This document shows positions 29,709 through 40,292 of a stretch of DNA of 64,000 bases, piece after piece; positions within the stretch are counted from its first letter, which is position 1; each line of letters starts with the position of its first letter. The notes beneath the pieces are model-generated. The model searched no databases, had not been told where the DNA came from, and saw nothing but the letters and a program-made list of their open reading frames with translations. This stretch comes from an uncultured Poribacteria bacterium (GTDB lineage Bacteria; Poribacteria; WGA-4E; PCPOR2b): the NCBI GenBank assembly GCA_958296125.1, contig OY282444.1, positions 2,697,623 through 2,761,622 of the forward strand, given 5' to 3'. A program made the position numbers and the translations under genes.

Positions 29709-30419
29709 ATGGCAAACGTATTGGCGAATATAGGGGGCGATGTAGAACTTTTAGAACATGGCATTCAATATGTTCAAGTGAGTGCCCCTGAACCCGACAA
29801 GGTTGAAGAACTTCAGGCAGACCTCAAAGCGAAGGGACTGCAGGCCATCGGATTGACCGCGTTGTATCTCGAAGAGGATACCGTTGCCACTGAGGCGGCA
29901 AGCCAAGCGTGGATAAACGCCTTTGATGCGGCGGTCAAAATGGGCGTAGATCTCGCACTCAGCAGTATCAAAGCCGATGAGGAGATGAGACCGAGGGTCT
30001 GCGACTGGCTGAAAACGATGGGCGATGCGGCGGCACAACGAGGCATCACCGTCGCGCTCGAAACGCACCCGTCGCTGGTTCATAATGCCGAAGTTGCGTT
30101 GAAAACCATGGCGGCGACCGACCACCCGAACATCAGAATCAACTTTGATACGGGGAATATCAGTTTCTATACGGATGGGACGGATGCGGTCACAGAGTTA
30201 AAAAAGATTGCACAGTATGTCGTGAGCACCCATTTGAAAGACCACAGCGGTAATTTTAACGAATGGGATTTTCCCACGCTTGGCACAGGGGCGGTGGATT
30301 TCGCTGGCATCCGGCAGGTCCTTGAAGGCGTGGGTTTTCAGGGGCCTTGGATTATGCAGGTACCCGGGGATATGAAGCAAGCTGTCGCACATCTTCGCAG
30401 TCTGGGATACGGTCAGTGA
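29709..30419 (+). CDS. Sugar phosphate isomerase/epimerase (xylose isomerase-like TIM barrel)
   Basis: Start at ATG 29709 after GAAAGGAATCAG. TIM-barrel metal-ligand pattern (E...D...H...E). Confidence 0.75.
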   Translation: MANVLANIGGDVELLEHGIQYVQVSAPEPDKVEELQADLKAKGLQAIGLTALYLEEDTVATEAASQAWINAFDAAVKMGVDLALSSIKADEEMRPRVCDWLKTMGDAAAQRGITVALETHPSLVHNAEVALKTMAATDHPNIRINFDTGNISFYTDGTDAVTELKKIAQYVVSTHLKDHSGNFNEWDFPTLGTGAVDFAGIRQVLEGVGFQGPWIMQVPGDMKQAVAHLRSLGYGQ

Positions 30420-30545
30420 AGCGTGATTCGTCTACGGATCTGCACCAACCGTGACATCTCGTCACCAAGAATCCATCTATCTTAACGCAAGGGCGCAAAG
30501 AAGAATCTTTATTATTTTTCGCGCCCTTGCGTTCCTTTTCGCGTG

Positions 30546-31817
30546 TTACGTTTCGCGTTTCATTCTTTTGCCCAGCCACATCGCCCACAGAACCGCTGGA
30601 ATCGGTGTCAAACCCGCCATCCACCAGAAAATTGCAGGGATGCTCAGCGAAGCATCGAGTGCCCCGCCGGCAATTGCGGAACCGACAGTGCTCAGCAGCG
30701 TGAAAAGGGCATAGTCGGTGGCGAAAACCCGCCCCCGCACCGAATTGGGGACGAGATGCAATAACAGCTGCGTCGAGAACACCCAGATAATGCCCCCGCC
30801 AATCCCACGGAGGGTGACACCCAAAAGCACCCAACCGAAGTGAATTATCGGAGCGACGATGGCTAGCCCTACAGTGCCCATCAGGTAGCCCAAAATGATG
30901 GCATACCGCAACGGGCGGTCCCTGTCCCCGGTGAAATGACGGGCAACGATGGGGCCCACGCCTGTTCCAACGCCACCCATCCCAAGCATAAGACCGAGGC
31001 TGATACCTCCACCTTTTCCAATTACAAAGATATCTTTGGCGATGACGACCATTGCCACCTGAGCCCCAGAGCCCATCATCAACGCACTGGCGGCCTTATG
31101 CAGCGCAATGACCAGTGTGTCGGTGTGCCTACCGAGGTAACGTAAACCGTCGAGGTACTCTTTGAAAGCCCCCTCCATGGTTTTATCCGATGCGGTGAGA
31201 TCTGGCTCCACATCGAGTTTAATCTGGGCGATGAATGCGGCTGAGAGGAGGAATGTCAAGCCGTCAATGACAAAGACGGGGTAGATGCCCCATGCGCCGG
31301 ACACAATTCCACCGATGGCGGCACCCAAAGCGAGCATAACCGACCAAGTAGCCGATCCCAAGGCGTTGGCAGCACCGAGTTCCTGTGATGAAACAACGTC
31401 GGGCAAAATCGCATTTCGCGTGGGAAAGAAAAAACCACCGATCCCAAGTTGGAGAGCGGTCAGGGCGTAAAGCAACCAGACATCGTCCGCACTCCGAACC
31501 AAAAGAAAGCCGAATGCGACTACGACGCGCGCCAAGTCAGTTATGATAAGGGTATATTTACGATTATAACGGTCAGCAACCACGCCAGCGATGGGACTGA
31601 CGAAGAATGGTGCGAGCATACGGACGACAAAGAGGCTCCCGACAGCGAACCCGGACTGGGTCAGTATCGCGATGAGCGAAGCCGAAGCAACAAAATTAAA
31701 CCAATCTCCCAGCAGGCTGATGATCTGTCCAAACCAGAGCAGGCGAAAGTTACGATTGCCACCAATCAATTCACGGTATCCAATTGATCCGCTGCTATTG
31801 GTTGTCGTTGTGCTCAA
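30546..31817 (-). CDS. MFS transporter
   Basis: 423 aa, about 12 predicted TM helices, MFS motif region G-x-x-x-D-R-x-G-R-K-like (VVADRYNRKYTL). Confidence 0.8.
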   Translation of the reverse strand: MSTTTTNSSGSIGYRELIGGNRNFRLLWFGQIISLLGDWFNFVASASLIAILTQSGFAVGSLFVVRMLAPFFVSPIAGVVADRYNRKYTLIITDLARVVVAFGFLLVRSADDVWLLYALTALQLGIGGFFFPTRNAILPDVVSSQELGAANALGSATWSVMLALGAAIGGIVSGAWGIYPVFVIDGLTFLLSAAFIAQIKLDVEPDLTASDKTMEGAFKEYLDGLRYLGRHTDTLVIALHKAASALMMGSGAQVAMVVIAKDIFVIGKGGGISLGLMLGMGGVGTGVGPIVARHFTGDRDRPLRYAIILGYLMGTVGLAIVAPIIHFGWVLLGVTLRGIGGGIIWVFSTQLLLHLVPNSVRGRVFATDYALFTLLSTVGSAIAGGALDASLSIPAIFWWMAGLTPIPAVLWAMWLGKRMKRET

Positions 31818-31861
31818 GGAGAATCTCCTAGGCTGCGTTGACGAACTTGGAAAAATCCTGA

Positions 31862-33961
31862 TTAAATTCGGGTGAGGATCAGGTTGCCGAACCTGTCAAC
31901 TTGTGCACGGTAGCCGGGGTGGATGACCGTGGTGGAATCGATCTCTTCGACGATTGCTGCTCCTGTCAAGACACAGCCGGGACCCAAGCGATAGCGGTCA
32001 TAGATGGGGCATTCAACGTAGCCGTCACTCTCAGCAAAATAAACGGACCGGGTGGCTTTCTGGGCTGCAGCGATGTCTATGTTGCTGCTTTCTAACTCGC
32101 GTAGGCGGGGCTTGGCGATTTTGCCGATTGCAGTAAGTCTCAGGTTCACGAACTCGACCGGTTCTTCAGGTGCACTATAGCCGTAGGCGCGGTCATGCTC
32201 GATGTGAAACTGTTCAAGCACACGGTCAATCTTTGAAACATCCAGCTGTTCCGCCGGTAACGGCACTGTCAACTCGTAGCTTTGGCCTACATAGCGCATA
32301 TCCACCTGCCGTAGGTAACTGATGTCCTCCTGACGCACTCCCTCCCGCTCTAGACTTGCACCTCCCTGTGCTTCCAACTCTTGGTAGGTCTTCTCTACCG
32401 CTGCCGTATCCAATTGATTGACGTGTTGAATGAGGGTCGTGGAGTAGTCATGCTTGAGGTCAGTCACCAGCAACCCCATGGCTGAAGTTGTGCCGGGGCT
32501 CATGGGGATAATGGTGGTGGGTACGTCAATTTCTGCCGCCAAGCGGTTGGCGTGTACCGGACCCGCACCGCCAAACGCCGTTAGCACGAAGTCTCTAGGG
32601 TCGTAACCGCGCTGAACAGAGACAAGTCGCAAAGCATTGACCATTGCAGCATTCGCGATCTCCACGATGCCGTGAGCTGCCTCTACAACATCAAGATTCA
32701 ACGGATCCGCGCACTTTTCTTGGATGGCGCAACGCGCTGCCTCGACATCTAATTCAATCCGACCGCCCAAGAAAAAGCTGGGGTTGAGTCGCCCTAGGAC
32801 CAGATTGGCATCGGTGATGGTCGGTTCGGTACCGCCCGTTCCATAGCACACCGGACCTGGATCCGCACCTGCGCTCTGCGGCCCCACTCGCAGCACCCCG
32901 CCGGAGTCCACCCAAGCGATAGAGCCGCCACCGGCACCAATCTCCACAAGATCGATGACGGGGGTGCGGATAGGATAGCCTGCACCACGGGAGGCACCCA
33001 TGCCGGTTTGAGCCGCTGTCCCTACCTCGTAGTCCTTGGTGACTCGTGGTGTCCCGTTCTGGATAAGGCCCGCCTTCGCTGTGGTGCCGCCCATGTCGAA
33101 GGAGATGACATCCGGGCATTCCAATGTCGTGCCTAGATAGGTCGCGGCAATAACGCCTGCTGCGGGCCCCGACTCCACCATGAAGACCGGTTTCTCGCTC
33201 GCTGCCGCAAATGTGAAAACTCCGCCACTGCTTTGCATCACAAGCAATTCTGCCTCCAATCCTTCCGCCCGCAGCCGTGCTTCAATGCTCTGGAGGTAGC
33301 GCCCAACGACGGGCCTAATGGAAGCATTGATGACCGTCGTACTTGCCCGGAAATACTCCCGAAACTCTGGTGCTACCTCTGACGAAAGGGAGATAACAGT
33401 GTCAGGGAGGGCTGCACGTAGAATCTCCCCGGTCCGTTTCTCATGGCTCGGATTGATATAGGCGTGAAGAAAGCAGACAGCAATCGACTCCACGTCCTCT
33501 TGACGAAGTTGGTCTGCGACTGCCCTGACCGTGCCCTCATCAAGTGGTGTGAGCACATTCCCGTGGGCATCCAATCGCTCAGGTACGCCGAAGCATAGGT
33601 AACGCGGTGTCAGGGGGCGAGGCTTTTCAAAGTGTAAATCGTAGAGCGATGGTCGTATCTGTCGCTGAATCTCCAGTAGATCGCGAAAGCCGTCGGTTGT
33701 AATGAAGCCTGTGCGCGCAACCTTCCCTTCAATGATTGAGTTGGTTGCCACAGTGGTGCCGTGAACGACATAGCCGACCCCGTCCGGCGACACGCCGGCT
33801 TCGCGTAATATGCGATGGGTTGCCTCCATGAAACCCTGTGACGGGTCTTGGGGTGTTGAAGGCACTTTGCTGACGCGGATCTCACCTGTTTCCTCGTTGA
33901 TCAGGGTTGCATCGGTGAACGTTCCCCCAATGTCTACCCCCAGACGATACCTGAAAGTCAT
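31862..33961 (-). CDS. Hydantoinase/oxoprolinase family protein, A subunit (HyuA-like)
   Basis: 699 aa; N-terminal LGVDIGGTFTDA actin-like ATPase motif and a second DxGGTT motif. Confidence 0.85.
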   Translation of the reverse strand: MTFRYRLGVDIGGTFTDATLINEETGEIRVSKVPSTPQDPSQGFMEATHRILREAGVSPDGVGYVVHGTTVATNSIIEGKVARTGFITTDGFRDLLEIQRQIRPSLYDLHFEKPRPLTPRYLCFGVPERLDAHGNVLTPLDEGTVRAVADQLRQEDVESIAVCFLHAYINPSHEKRTGEILRAALPDTVISLSSEVAPEFREYFRASTTVINASIRPVVGRYLQSIEARLRAEGLEAELLVMQSSGGVFTFAAASEKPVFMVESGPAAGVIAATYLGTTLECPDVISFDMGGTTAKAGLIQNGTPRVTKDYEVGTAAQTGMGASRGAGYPIRTPVIDLVEIGAGGGSIAWVDSGGVLRVGPQSAGADPGPVCYGTGGTEPTITDANLVLGRLNPSFFLGGRIELDVEAARCAIQEKCADPLNLDVVEAAHGIVEIANAAMVNALRLVSVQRGYDPRDFVLTAFGGAGPVHANRLAAEIDVPTTIIPMSPGTTSAMGLLVTDLKHDYSTTLIQHVNQLDTAAVEKTYQELEAQGGASLEREGVRQEDISYLRQVDMRYVGQSYELTVPLPAEQLDVSKIDRVLEQFHIEHDRAYGYSAPEEPVEFVNLRLTAIGKIAKPRLRELESSNIDIAAAQKATRSVYFAESDGYVECPIYDRYRLGPGCVLTGAAIVEEIDSTTVIHPGYRAQVDRFGNLILTRI

Positions 33962-34086
33962 GCGTACTCCCTTTTATGTTCGCTATTATCAAAAGCTAAA
34001 CCTGCATTACCATGCTCAACCGAATGTACTATAAACTAAGTTGCTACCCATTGAACGTTGGGATGTTTTGCACGGATCATCCCTTT

Positions 34087-34917
34087 TTAAGCAAAGGGGC
34101 CTGGGTCATGTTCGCCCAACAGCCTGCGCTGGCGCGGCGTTGCTTTCGATAGAATTTCCGGGTCAAATTGAAAGCTCAAAAAAGGGGGGAATCGTTGCGA
34201 AATCCACCGATTCGCGTAATGGACCTGCAGCAGGTAACGTACCTGATCGGTACGATTGGCACCCCCTCGATGCCACACATCGCTCCTAAAAACAATCACG
34301 TCACCCGCTTGGCAGAGAATTGATTGTTCCTCAGTGTCGTTCCACTTCCCCTGATCTCGTTCCGGGCTTACGCCAGCCCGGTGGCTGCCGGGGATGACCC
34401 GCGTTGGGCCAAGGGCTTCGTACATATCATCTAGATAAAAGTGGGCGGTCATAATCAGTGCCGGGATCTCAACCCGCGGATCAAGTGCTACATCGTCGGG
34501 CAGCAGGACTGGTTTCCAATCGGTGTGCATTTTCTGCTCCTCCCGCTTCCCTGTATTCCATTGAGTCATCTGGATGATGTGGCAGTCTGCGCCTAGAGTA
34601 TCTTCGACCAATTCGATGATGCCCGGTTTGTCTAGGAAATCAAGATAGAGTGGGTCTCGATTAAACGCATTCTGGATGGTTTTAATCCCGCTACCGTTGG
34701 GGTCGATAAAATCCCATCTCGGCGTTCCGACGGTTTGGATGCGGTCTGAACATGTACGCAGTTCTTGAACCTCTTCGGCACTGAGAACCGCGGGAAGATA
34801 AACAAAGCCATCGCGTTCCATTGCCTGTGCTCGTTCTTCTCGACTATTGTAAGCAATCAATTCAGCGGCTGGCCTTGAGGGCACCTCTGCTGCGGAAGTA
34901 TTCTGGGTTGGTTGCAT
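34087..34917 (-). CDS. Phytanoyl-CoA dioxygenase (PhyH) family protein
   Basis: 276 aa with PhyH His/Asp...His pattern (HTDW...H). Confidence 0.7.
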   Translation of the reverse strand: MQPTQNTSAAEVPSRPAAELIAYNSREERAQAMERDGFVYLPAVLSAEEVQELRTCSDRIQTVGTPRWDFIDPNGSGIKTIQNAFNRDPLYLDFLDKPGIIELVEDTLGADCHIIQMTQWNTGKREEQKMHTDWKPVLLPDDVALDPRVEIPALIMTAHFYLDDMYEALGPTRVIPGSHRAGVSPERDQGKWNDTEEQSILCQAGDVIVFRSDVWHRGGANRTDQVRYLLQVHYANRWISQRFPPFLSFQFDPEILSKATPRQRRLLGEHDPGPFA

Positions 34918-34943
34918 CGGTTAATGCTCCTTCCTATGATGTC

Positions 34944-35777
34944 TCAAGCCAGTCCGGGGGGTAGCCCCTCGGTCGTGTTATAGCCCCCGCCAGCGGTGAT
35001 GGGCCAGGATTGGCCTCCTTTGAAATCGAAATCGTCACCGAGGCCACACAACCACTGGAACAATCGGGCGACATGGATGGAGTCGTACCACTTTTCAAGG
35101 ACTGAAACGTCTGGCATGAACCGCGTCTGCATAAAGTCAATAGAGGGATCGACCACCCAATCACGTTGAGGCTGAACTGTCCGCCAATAGTTGTATTTAA
35201 GCAGATTGCGGATGCCGCTGCCGGTGGAGGAGGTAGCGCGGTGCCAAATACTGTAGTGCGTGATAAAAATTGAGCCCGCTGGTGCTACCGTTTTCACGCC
35301 CTTTCGGATGTTGCCGTAGTGACTCATAAAGCGGCGTTTGGCGCGGACCAAATGTGAGCTCGGCACCAATTCGGTCGGGCCCATTTCTTTCGGCGTGTCT
35401 TGGGGGTAGTAAAATACTTGTAAAAATTCGAGCCGTGTTGCGTCAACGGCACCGCCGTCCCGATGCCAGCCACAGCTCAGCGTCCTAGGGCACTCAACAC
35501 GGTGGTTGCTCATGATCATCGGCAGCTTGAAGTTCTTTCCCAGCAGCGACCGCACCGCACCTGCTGCCTGTGGATTTTTGAGGACACCTTCGACGAACCA
35601 GTCTTCAGCAAGGATTTCGACCGGTTCTAAGTGAGGGTGCCCAGCCAGAAAATCCGAGACGCGGCGATTGACTTCATCTGACACCACGCTTTCGAGGATG
35701 ATAAATCCCTTCTGACAAAATTCGATTACCTGTTGATCCGTTAGTGTCGGTTCGCAATCGTATGTTTGGTCAATCAT
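34944..35777 (-). CDS. Phytanoyl-CoA dioxygenase (PhyH) family protein
   Basis: Start at ATG 35777 after GAAAGGA RBS (MIDQTYD...). HRDG...H triad. Confidence 0.7.
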   Translation of the reverse strand: MIDQTYDCEPTLTDQQVIEFCQKGFIILESVVSDEVNRRVSDFLAGHPHLEPVEILAEDWFVEGVLKNPQAAGAVRSLLGKNFKLPMIMSNHRVECPRTLSCGWHRDGGAVDATRLEFLQVFYYPQDTPKEMGPTELVPSSHLVRAKRRFMSHYGNIRKGVKTVAPAGSIFITHYSIWHRATSSTGSGIRNLLKYNYWRTVQPQRDWVVDPSIDFMQTRFMPDVSVLEKWYDSIHVARLFQWLCGLGDDFDFKGGQSWPITAGGGYNTTEGLPPGLA

Positions 35778-35830
35778 TGATAAAATCCTTTCGTGGAAGC
35801 GAGTTAGGAGCTTCGCCTGTGGTTGTGGGC

Positions 35831-36199
35831 TCACTTTTCGAGGATAAATTCGCAGCCGAGCCCATAGGTTTCGTTTTCGCCCACCAGCATCAGGGTCATT
35901 TCGGGAAACTTGACGATACGCCAACCGTCAAGTATTGCCTCATGTACAGTCTGGTAGGGCCAATCCTCGGGCTCGTCGGGCCCGTTGTGCACACCGTCAC
36001 TATCCACGATTGATATCCCCTCAACCGACGAGGTGACTGACGTATTCGTGGCTTGAAGATATAACAGGCACTGGGGCTTTGCCGCTGCGTTCGGTTCATT
36101 GGTGACGTTTTCCAACGCCTGCTGCAAATCCCGCTCCGTCAACGTCCCCGCGCGAAATTTGTCCAAGCATTGTTCTAGCTGTTCCTTCACTTGAATCAT
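35831..36199 (-). CDS. Hypothetical protein
   Basis: 122-aa acidic ORF between the PhyH and FAD-oxidase genes; no recognisable motif. Confidence 0.4.
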   Translation of the reverse strand: MIQVKEQLEQCLDKFRAGTLTERDLQQALENVTNEPNAAAKPQCLLYLQATNTSVTSSVEGISIVDSDGVHNGPDEPEDWPYQTVHEAILDGWRIVKFPEMTLMLVGENETYGLGCEFILEK

Positions 36200-36317
36200 A
36201 TTTAAGCCTCTTTCAGTTTGGTAGCTTCTTATGATTGGCAGAGCAAGTTGAAAACTCTCGGCTCGCCGGAGCTGCCAGCAATGTAACGGAGACTACTGTA
36301 ATTGTTTCACTGTTTTG

Positions 36318-37484
36318 CTATTCGGTCCTAAACCGTTCCGGACGATACGGAGCAAGCATTTCAACACGGGCACCATCAACAATTTCTAGCGTTGCTAATT
36401 CTCCCACCAAAGGTGCCAACGTGACCCCACTGTGCATCAAAGCGATATACAAATTCGGTGCCGCAGCACAAAATCCTATGACCGGTAATTCGTCAATCGG
36501 CATTGGACGGTAGCCCACTGGCGTTGGAATCGCTTGTGCACCGGCGAGGGTTGGTAAATAGTGTACGGCGCGACTCAATAGGTCATCCGCGTGTTCTTGG
36601 GAGTCATCTTGGTCCACGCTTTCCTGTGAGCCTTGACCGATGGCAAGCGTCCCGTCAGCGGATTGCCGCAGGTGAATTTCATGCCGGTCTTTGTCAATGG
36701 GTGGTAGATGAAGCACCGAAACGTTCTGTAGTATCCGTGGCTGTGGATCGGTGCGAACCACCACGCCGGGGCTATTCTGCTGGGGGATGTAGACACCGGC
36801 GGTGGCGGCGAGCACCGTTACGGCAACCCCATTTGCTAATACCACCACATCACAACTGATTTCGCCCCTCGGGGTATTAACCGCCTCTATCTTTCCTCGC
36901 CCGTTGATACATAATTCGGTGACTGGGGTATGGGTATGCACCACAGTTCCACTCTCACGCGCACGCTGTAAACAGGCTTCGATCACTTTGAGTGTGTCCA
37001 CCCGCCCATCAATCTCCGAAAAAGAGGCTGTCGTCACAGGACCGGGGGAGAGGCCAGGTTCAAGTTCACAAAGTTCGTCGCTCGAAATGATGCAGATGGG
37101 ATACCCCCATGCTTGTAGTTGCTTGATGCGTTGATGCAACGCCCCAGCTCGCTCCGGCGTGTTTTCCCACCGAAGTTCACCGCCCCAGTGGAGGTTGAGG
37201 TCTGTCCCCAGCTTGTGAGCAAATCGACCCCAGATGTCCATTGACCGGCGGTTGAAGTGGTGATAGCTCACGGGATCTTTACCGAAGGAATTCAGCCACG
37301 CAAAGGAATGGCCTGACGCTCCCGCGCCCGGTTCATCTCGCTCAAGGACGGTCACGGCAATATCTTTGCGACGCGACAGATGATAGGCTATCGATGCCCC
37401 AACAATCCCTGCGCCTACCACAGCGATCTTTAACTTTTGCGCGTCAGAATAATCTCGATCGATTGTTGCCATTTCAATTCTCAT
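36318..37484 (-). CDS. FAD-dependent oxidoreductase (DAO family, D-amino-acid/glycine oxidase-like)
   Basis: KIAVVGAGIVGASIAYHL dinucleotide-binding motif; 388 aa. Confidence 0.8.
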   Translation of the reverse strand: MRIEMATIDRDYSDAQKLKIAVVGAGIVGASIAYHLSRRKDIAVTVLERDEPGAGASGHSFAWLNSFGKDPVSYHHFNRRSMDIWGRFAHKLGTDLNLHWGGELRWENTPERAGALHQRIKQLQAWGYPICIISSDELCELEPGLSPGPVTTASFSEIDGRVDTLKVIEACLQRARESGTVVHTHTPVTELCINGRGKIEAVNTPRGEISCDVVVLANGVAVTVLAATAGVYIPQQNSPGVVVRTDPQPRILQNVSVLHLPPIDKDRHEIHLRQSADGTLAIGQGSQESVDQDDSQEHADDLLSRAVHYLPTLAGAQAIPTPVGYRPMPIDELPVIGFCAAAPNLYIALMHSGVTLAPLVGELATLEIVDGARVEMLAPYRPERFRTE

Positions 37485-37655
37485 TTGCAGCAGGCTAATG
37501 CCCTTGACCGGATATTGTTAAATTCAACGCAAGGAGGCTAAGACGCTAAGAAGAATTTTTAAAATCTTCCTTGCGGCTTTACGTTCCTGTCCGCGTTTCT
37601 CCGCGCTATCCGTTTCATCTGGGAGCCGGTTTGCAATCTGATGTTGGTTTGTCCC

Positions 37656-40292
37656 TCAACCCAACATCTCCAGATTCGCTACTAACTTCTCTTGCTCTGA
37701 TTCAAGGACTGCAAGCCGGGCGCGTTTCTGCTTGACAACCGCTTCCGGGGCACGGTCAACGAACTTTGGGTTGTCCAGCGTTTTTTGGGTGCCGATGAGT
37801 TCTTTGAGTACTTTGTCCAATCGCTTCTGCAAGCGGGCCCGCTCCTTTTCAATGTCAATGATACCCGCAAGCGGGATATAGATCACAATGTCGCTAATCA
37901 CTGCTACGGCAGCGGCAGCAGGCTTCTCCTGATGTTCAGCGATAGAAATTTGTGAGAAACGCCCAAACGCCGGCAGGTATTCCTCCAAATGTTCAGTGAG
38001 AAGTTCAACCGTTTCCGGATTTGGGACTTGAATCCGGATTTCAACTTCGCTGGAGGGTGGCACATTCATCTCACCACGGACACTACGGATGCCATCGATA
38101 ACGCTCATGATTGTCTGCATCGCCTCTTCCACCTTTGCATCCGTTTCATCTACCGGTGGCTTGGGCCAAGAGGCGACCATGATGCTTTCACCTTCGTGAG
38201 GGAGTCGCTGCCAAATCTCTTCTGTGATGAACGGCATGATTGGGTGTAGCAGCCGCATCGTACCTTCGAGAATTTCAGAGGCGACTGCCTGTGCAGTGTG
38301 TTTCGCCGTTGGATCGTCGGTATAATAGAGGCGCTGCTTGATAAGTTCAACATACCAATCACAAAACTCGTGCCAGAGAAACTCATAGAGCGCGTGCGCC
38401 GCATCACTAAAGCGGAACTCCTCAAGACATGTCGTCACCTTTTCCACAGTTGCGTTAAAACGGCTGCGAATCCATCGATCACACAGGATAAGATTCGTTG
38501 GCTGTCCGGGCTGAAAGTCGTCGAGATTCATCAGTAGCAAGCGCGAGGCATTCCAGATTTTGTTGGCGAACCGTTTCCCCGCCTCGATTTGGGATTCAGC
38601 CAAGGCGATATATGGATTCGGCGCAGCGGAGAATACCAGCGCGAAGCGAAACGCATCGGCACCATATTGATGAATGGTTGGCACCGGATCCATCGCGTTA
38701 CCTTTCGACTTGCTCTGTTTCTGTCCGTGTTCATCAGCGACCAATGGATGGAGATAAACACGGCGAAATGGGACTTCGTCCATACACTGGAGCCCGAGCA
38801 TCGCCATCCGGACGACCCAGAAGAAGAGGATGTCCCACGCAGTTACCAATACGGAGGTCGGATAGAAAGTTTTGAGGCAATCTGTATCATCGGGCCAACC
38901 CAATGTCGAGAAGGGCCAAAGCCCCGAACTGAACCATGTATCGAGAACCTCCTCATCTTGCCGAATTTTCTCAGAGTTACAGTGAGCACACCGCGAAGGA
39001 GGGGCCACCGGCACTGTGATGTCGTTGCAAGCCTCGCAGTGCCAGACTGGGAGTTTGTGGCCCCACCAGCGTTGACGGGAAATCGGCCAAGGTTCAATAT
39101 TTTCCATCCATTGGTAAAATCGTCTTTTCTCACGTTCCGGGAGAAATACAATTTCACCGCGTTTCGTCGCTTCAATCGCACGCTCCGCGAGCGGTTTGAC
39201 GTTAAGATACCACTGGGGTGAGATATAGGGTTCGATAATCTGATTGCACCGATCATGATGTCCGACCGCATGGGGGTGCGGTACAATCTTGAGTAAATAC
39301 CCTTGTTCACGCAGATCTTCGACCAACACTTCGCGACATTTGAACCGATCCATGCCTTGATACTTCGTGCCCGCATTCTCATTCAAGCTCCCGTCCGGAT
39401 TCAGTATATTGACCTGCTCAAGTTCGTGTCGTTGACCAATTTCGTGGTCGTTTGGATCGTGAGCGGGCGTGACTTTCAATGCTCCCGTGCCAAATTCCCG
39501 ATCGACATATTCATCCGCGATGATCGGAAGTTCACGTCCAAGGATCGGTAGGACTGCTGTTTTGCCGATGAGGTGTTGATAACGCATATCTTCCGGGTGG
39601 ACAGCAACTGCCGTGTCGCCGAGCATCGTTTCCGGACGCGTCGTCGCAATTTCAACGGATACCTCTGAATCCTTAATCGGATACTTGATGTGGTAGAAGT
39701 TTCCGTCAATCTCAAGCGGTTCAACCTCAAGATTGGAGATAACAGTGCGGCAGTGTGGACACCAATTGACTAGATTTGCGTCGCGATAGATTAAACCTGC
39801 GTCGTAGAGTTTGACAAACGCAGTACAGACTGCTCTGGATAGTCCTTCATCCATCGTGAATCGTTCGCGCTCCCAATCACAGGAACAACCGAGTTGGTAT
39901 AACTGATCGACGATGGTCGCGTGCGTTTCATCCTTCCAAGCCCACATCCTCTCAATAAATTTTTCGCGACCCAGTTCATCACGATCTGTCCCCCAAGCGG
40001 CGAGCTGCCTTTCCATGATGATTTCCGTGCCGATGCCTGCATGGTCTGTCCCCGGCATCCAGAGCGTATTGTAACCCTGCATCCGCCGCCAGCGGATCAA
40101 CGTGTCTTGCAATGTATTGTTGAGGGCGTGCCCGATATGTAGACTCCCTGTGATATTCGGGGGCGGAATCACAACCGAGTAAGGGGGTTTGTCAGATATG
40201 TCAGCGGCATGGAAATAATCCTTGTCCCGCCAGAATTTGTACCATTTTTCTTCGATGTCGTGCGGTGAATATGTTTTTGGAATGTCGGTCAT
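37656..40292 (-). CDS. valS: Valine--tRNA ligase
   Basis: 878 aa. HIGH motif (PPNITGSLHIGHA), KMSKS variant (KQSKSKGN), editing domain, C-terminal coiled-coil. Confidence 0.95.
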   Translation of the reverse strand: MTDIPKTYSPHDIEEKWYKFWRDKDYFHAADISDKPPYSVVIPPPNITGSLHIGHALNNTLQDTLIRWRRMQGYNTLWMPGTDHAGIGTEIIMERQLAAWGTDRDELGREKFIERMWAWKDETHATIVDQLYQLGCSCDWERERFTMDEGLSRAVCTAFVKLYDAGLIYRDANLVNWCPHCRTVISNLEVEPLEIDGNFYHIKYPIKDSEVSVEIATTRPETMLGDTAVAVHPEDMRYQHLIGKTAVLPILGRELPIIADEYVDREFGTGALKVTPAHDPNDHEIGQRHELEQVNILNPDGSLNENAGTKYQGMDRFKCREVLVEDLREQGYLLKIVPHPHAVGHHDRCNQIIEPYISPQWYLNVKPLAERAIEATKRGEIVFLPEREKRRFYQWMENIEPWPISRQRWWGHKLPVWHCEACNDITVPVAPPSRCAHCNSEKIRQDEEVLDTWFSSGLWPFSTLGWPDDTDCLKTFYPTSVLVTAWDILFFWVVRMAMLGLQCMDEVPFRRVYLHPLVADEHGQKQSKSKGNAMDPVPTIHQYGADAFRFALVFSAAPNPYIALAESQIEAGKRFANKIWNASRLLLMNLDDFQPGQPTNLILCDRWIRSRFNATVEKVTTCLEEFRFSDAAHALYEFLWHEFCDWYVELIKQRLYYTDDPTAKHTAQAVASEILEGTMRLLHPIMPFITEEIWQRLPHEGESIMVASWPKPPVDETDAKVEEAMQTIMSVIDGIRSVRGEMNVPPSSEVEIRIQVPNPETVELLTEHLEEYLPAFGRFSQISIAEHQEKPAAAAVAVISDIVIYIPLAGIIDIEKERARLQKRLDKVLKELIGTQKTLDNPKFVDRAPEAVVKQKRARLAVLESEQEKLVANLEMLG

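Noticed and set aside
32754-33119. Arg/Cys-rich 121-aa ORF inside hyuA (and similar internal ORFs in valS, the amidase, atpA)
   Set aside because: Alternative-frame reading of GC-rich coding sequence of well-supported genes.
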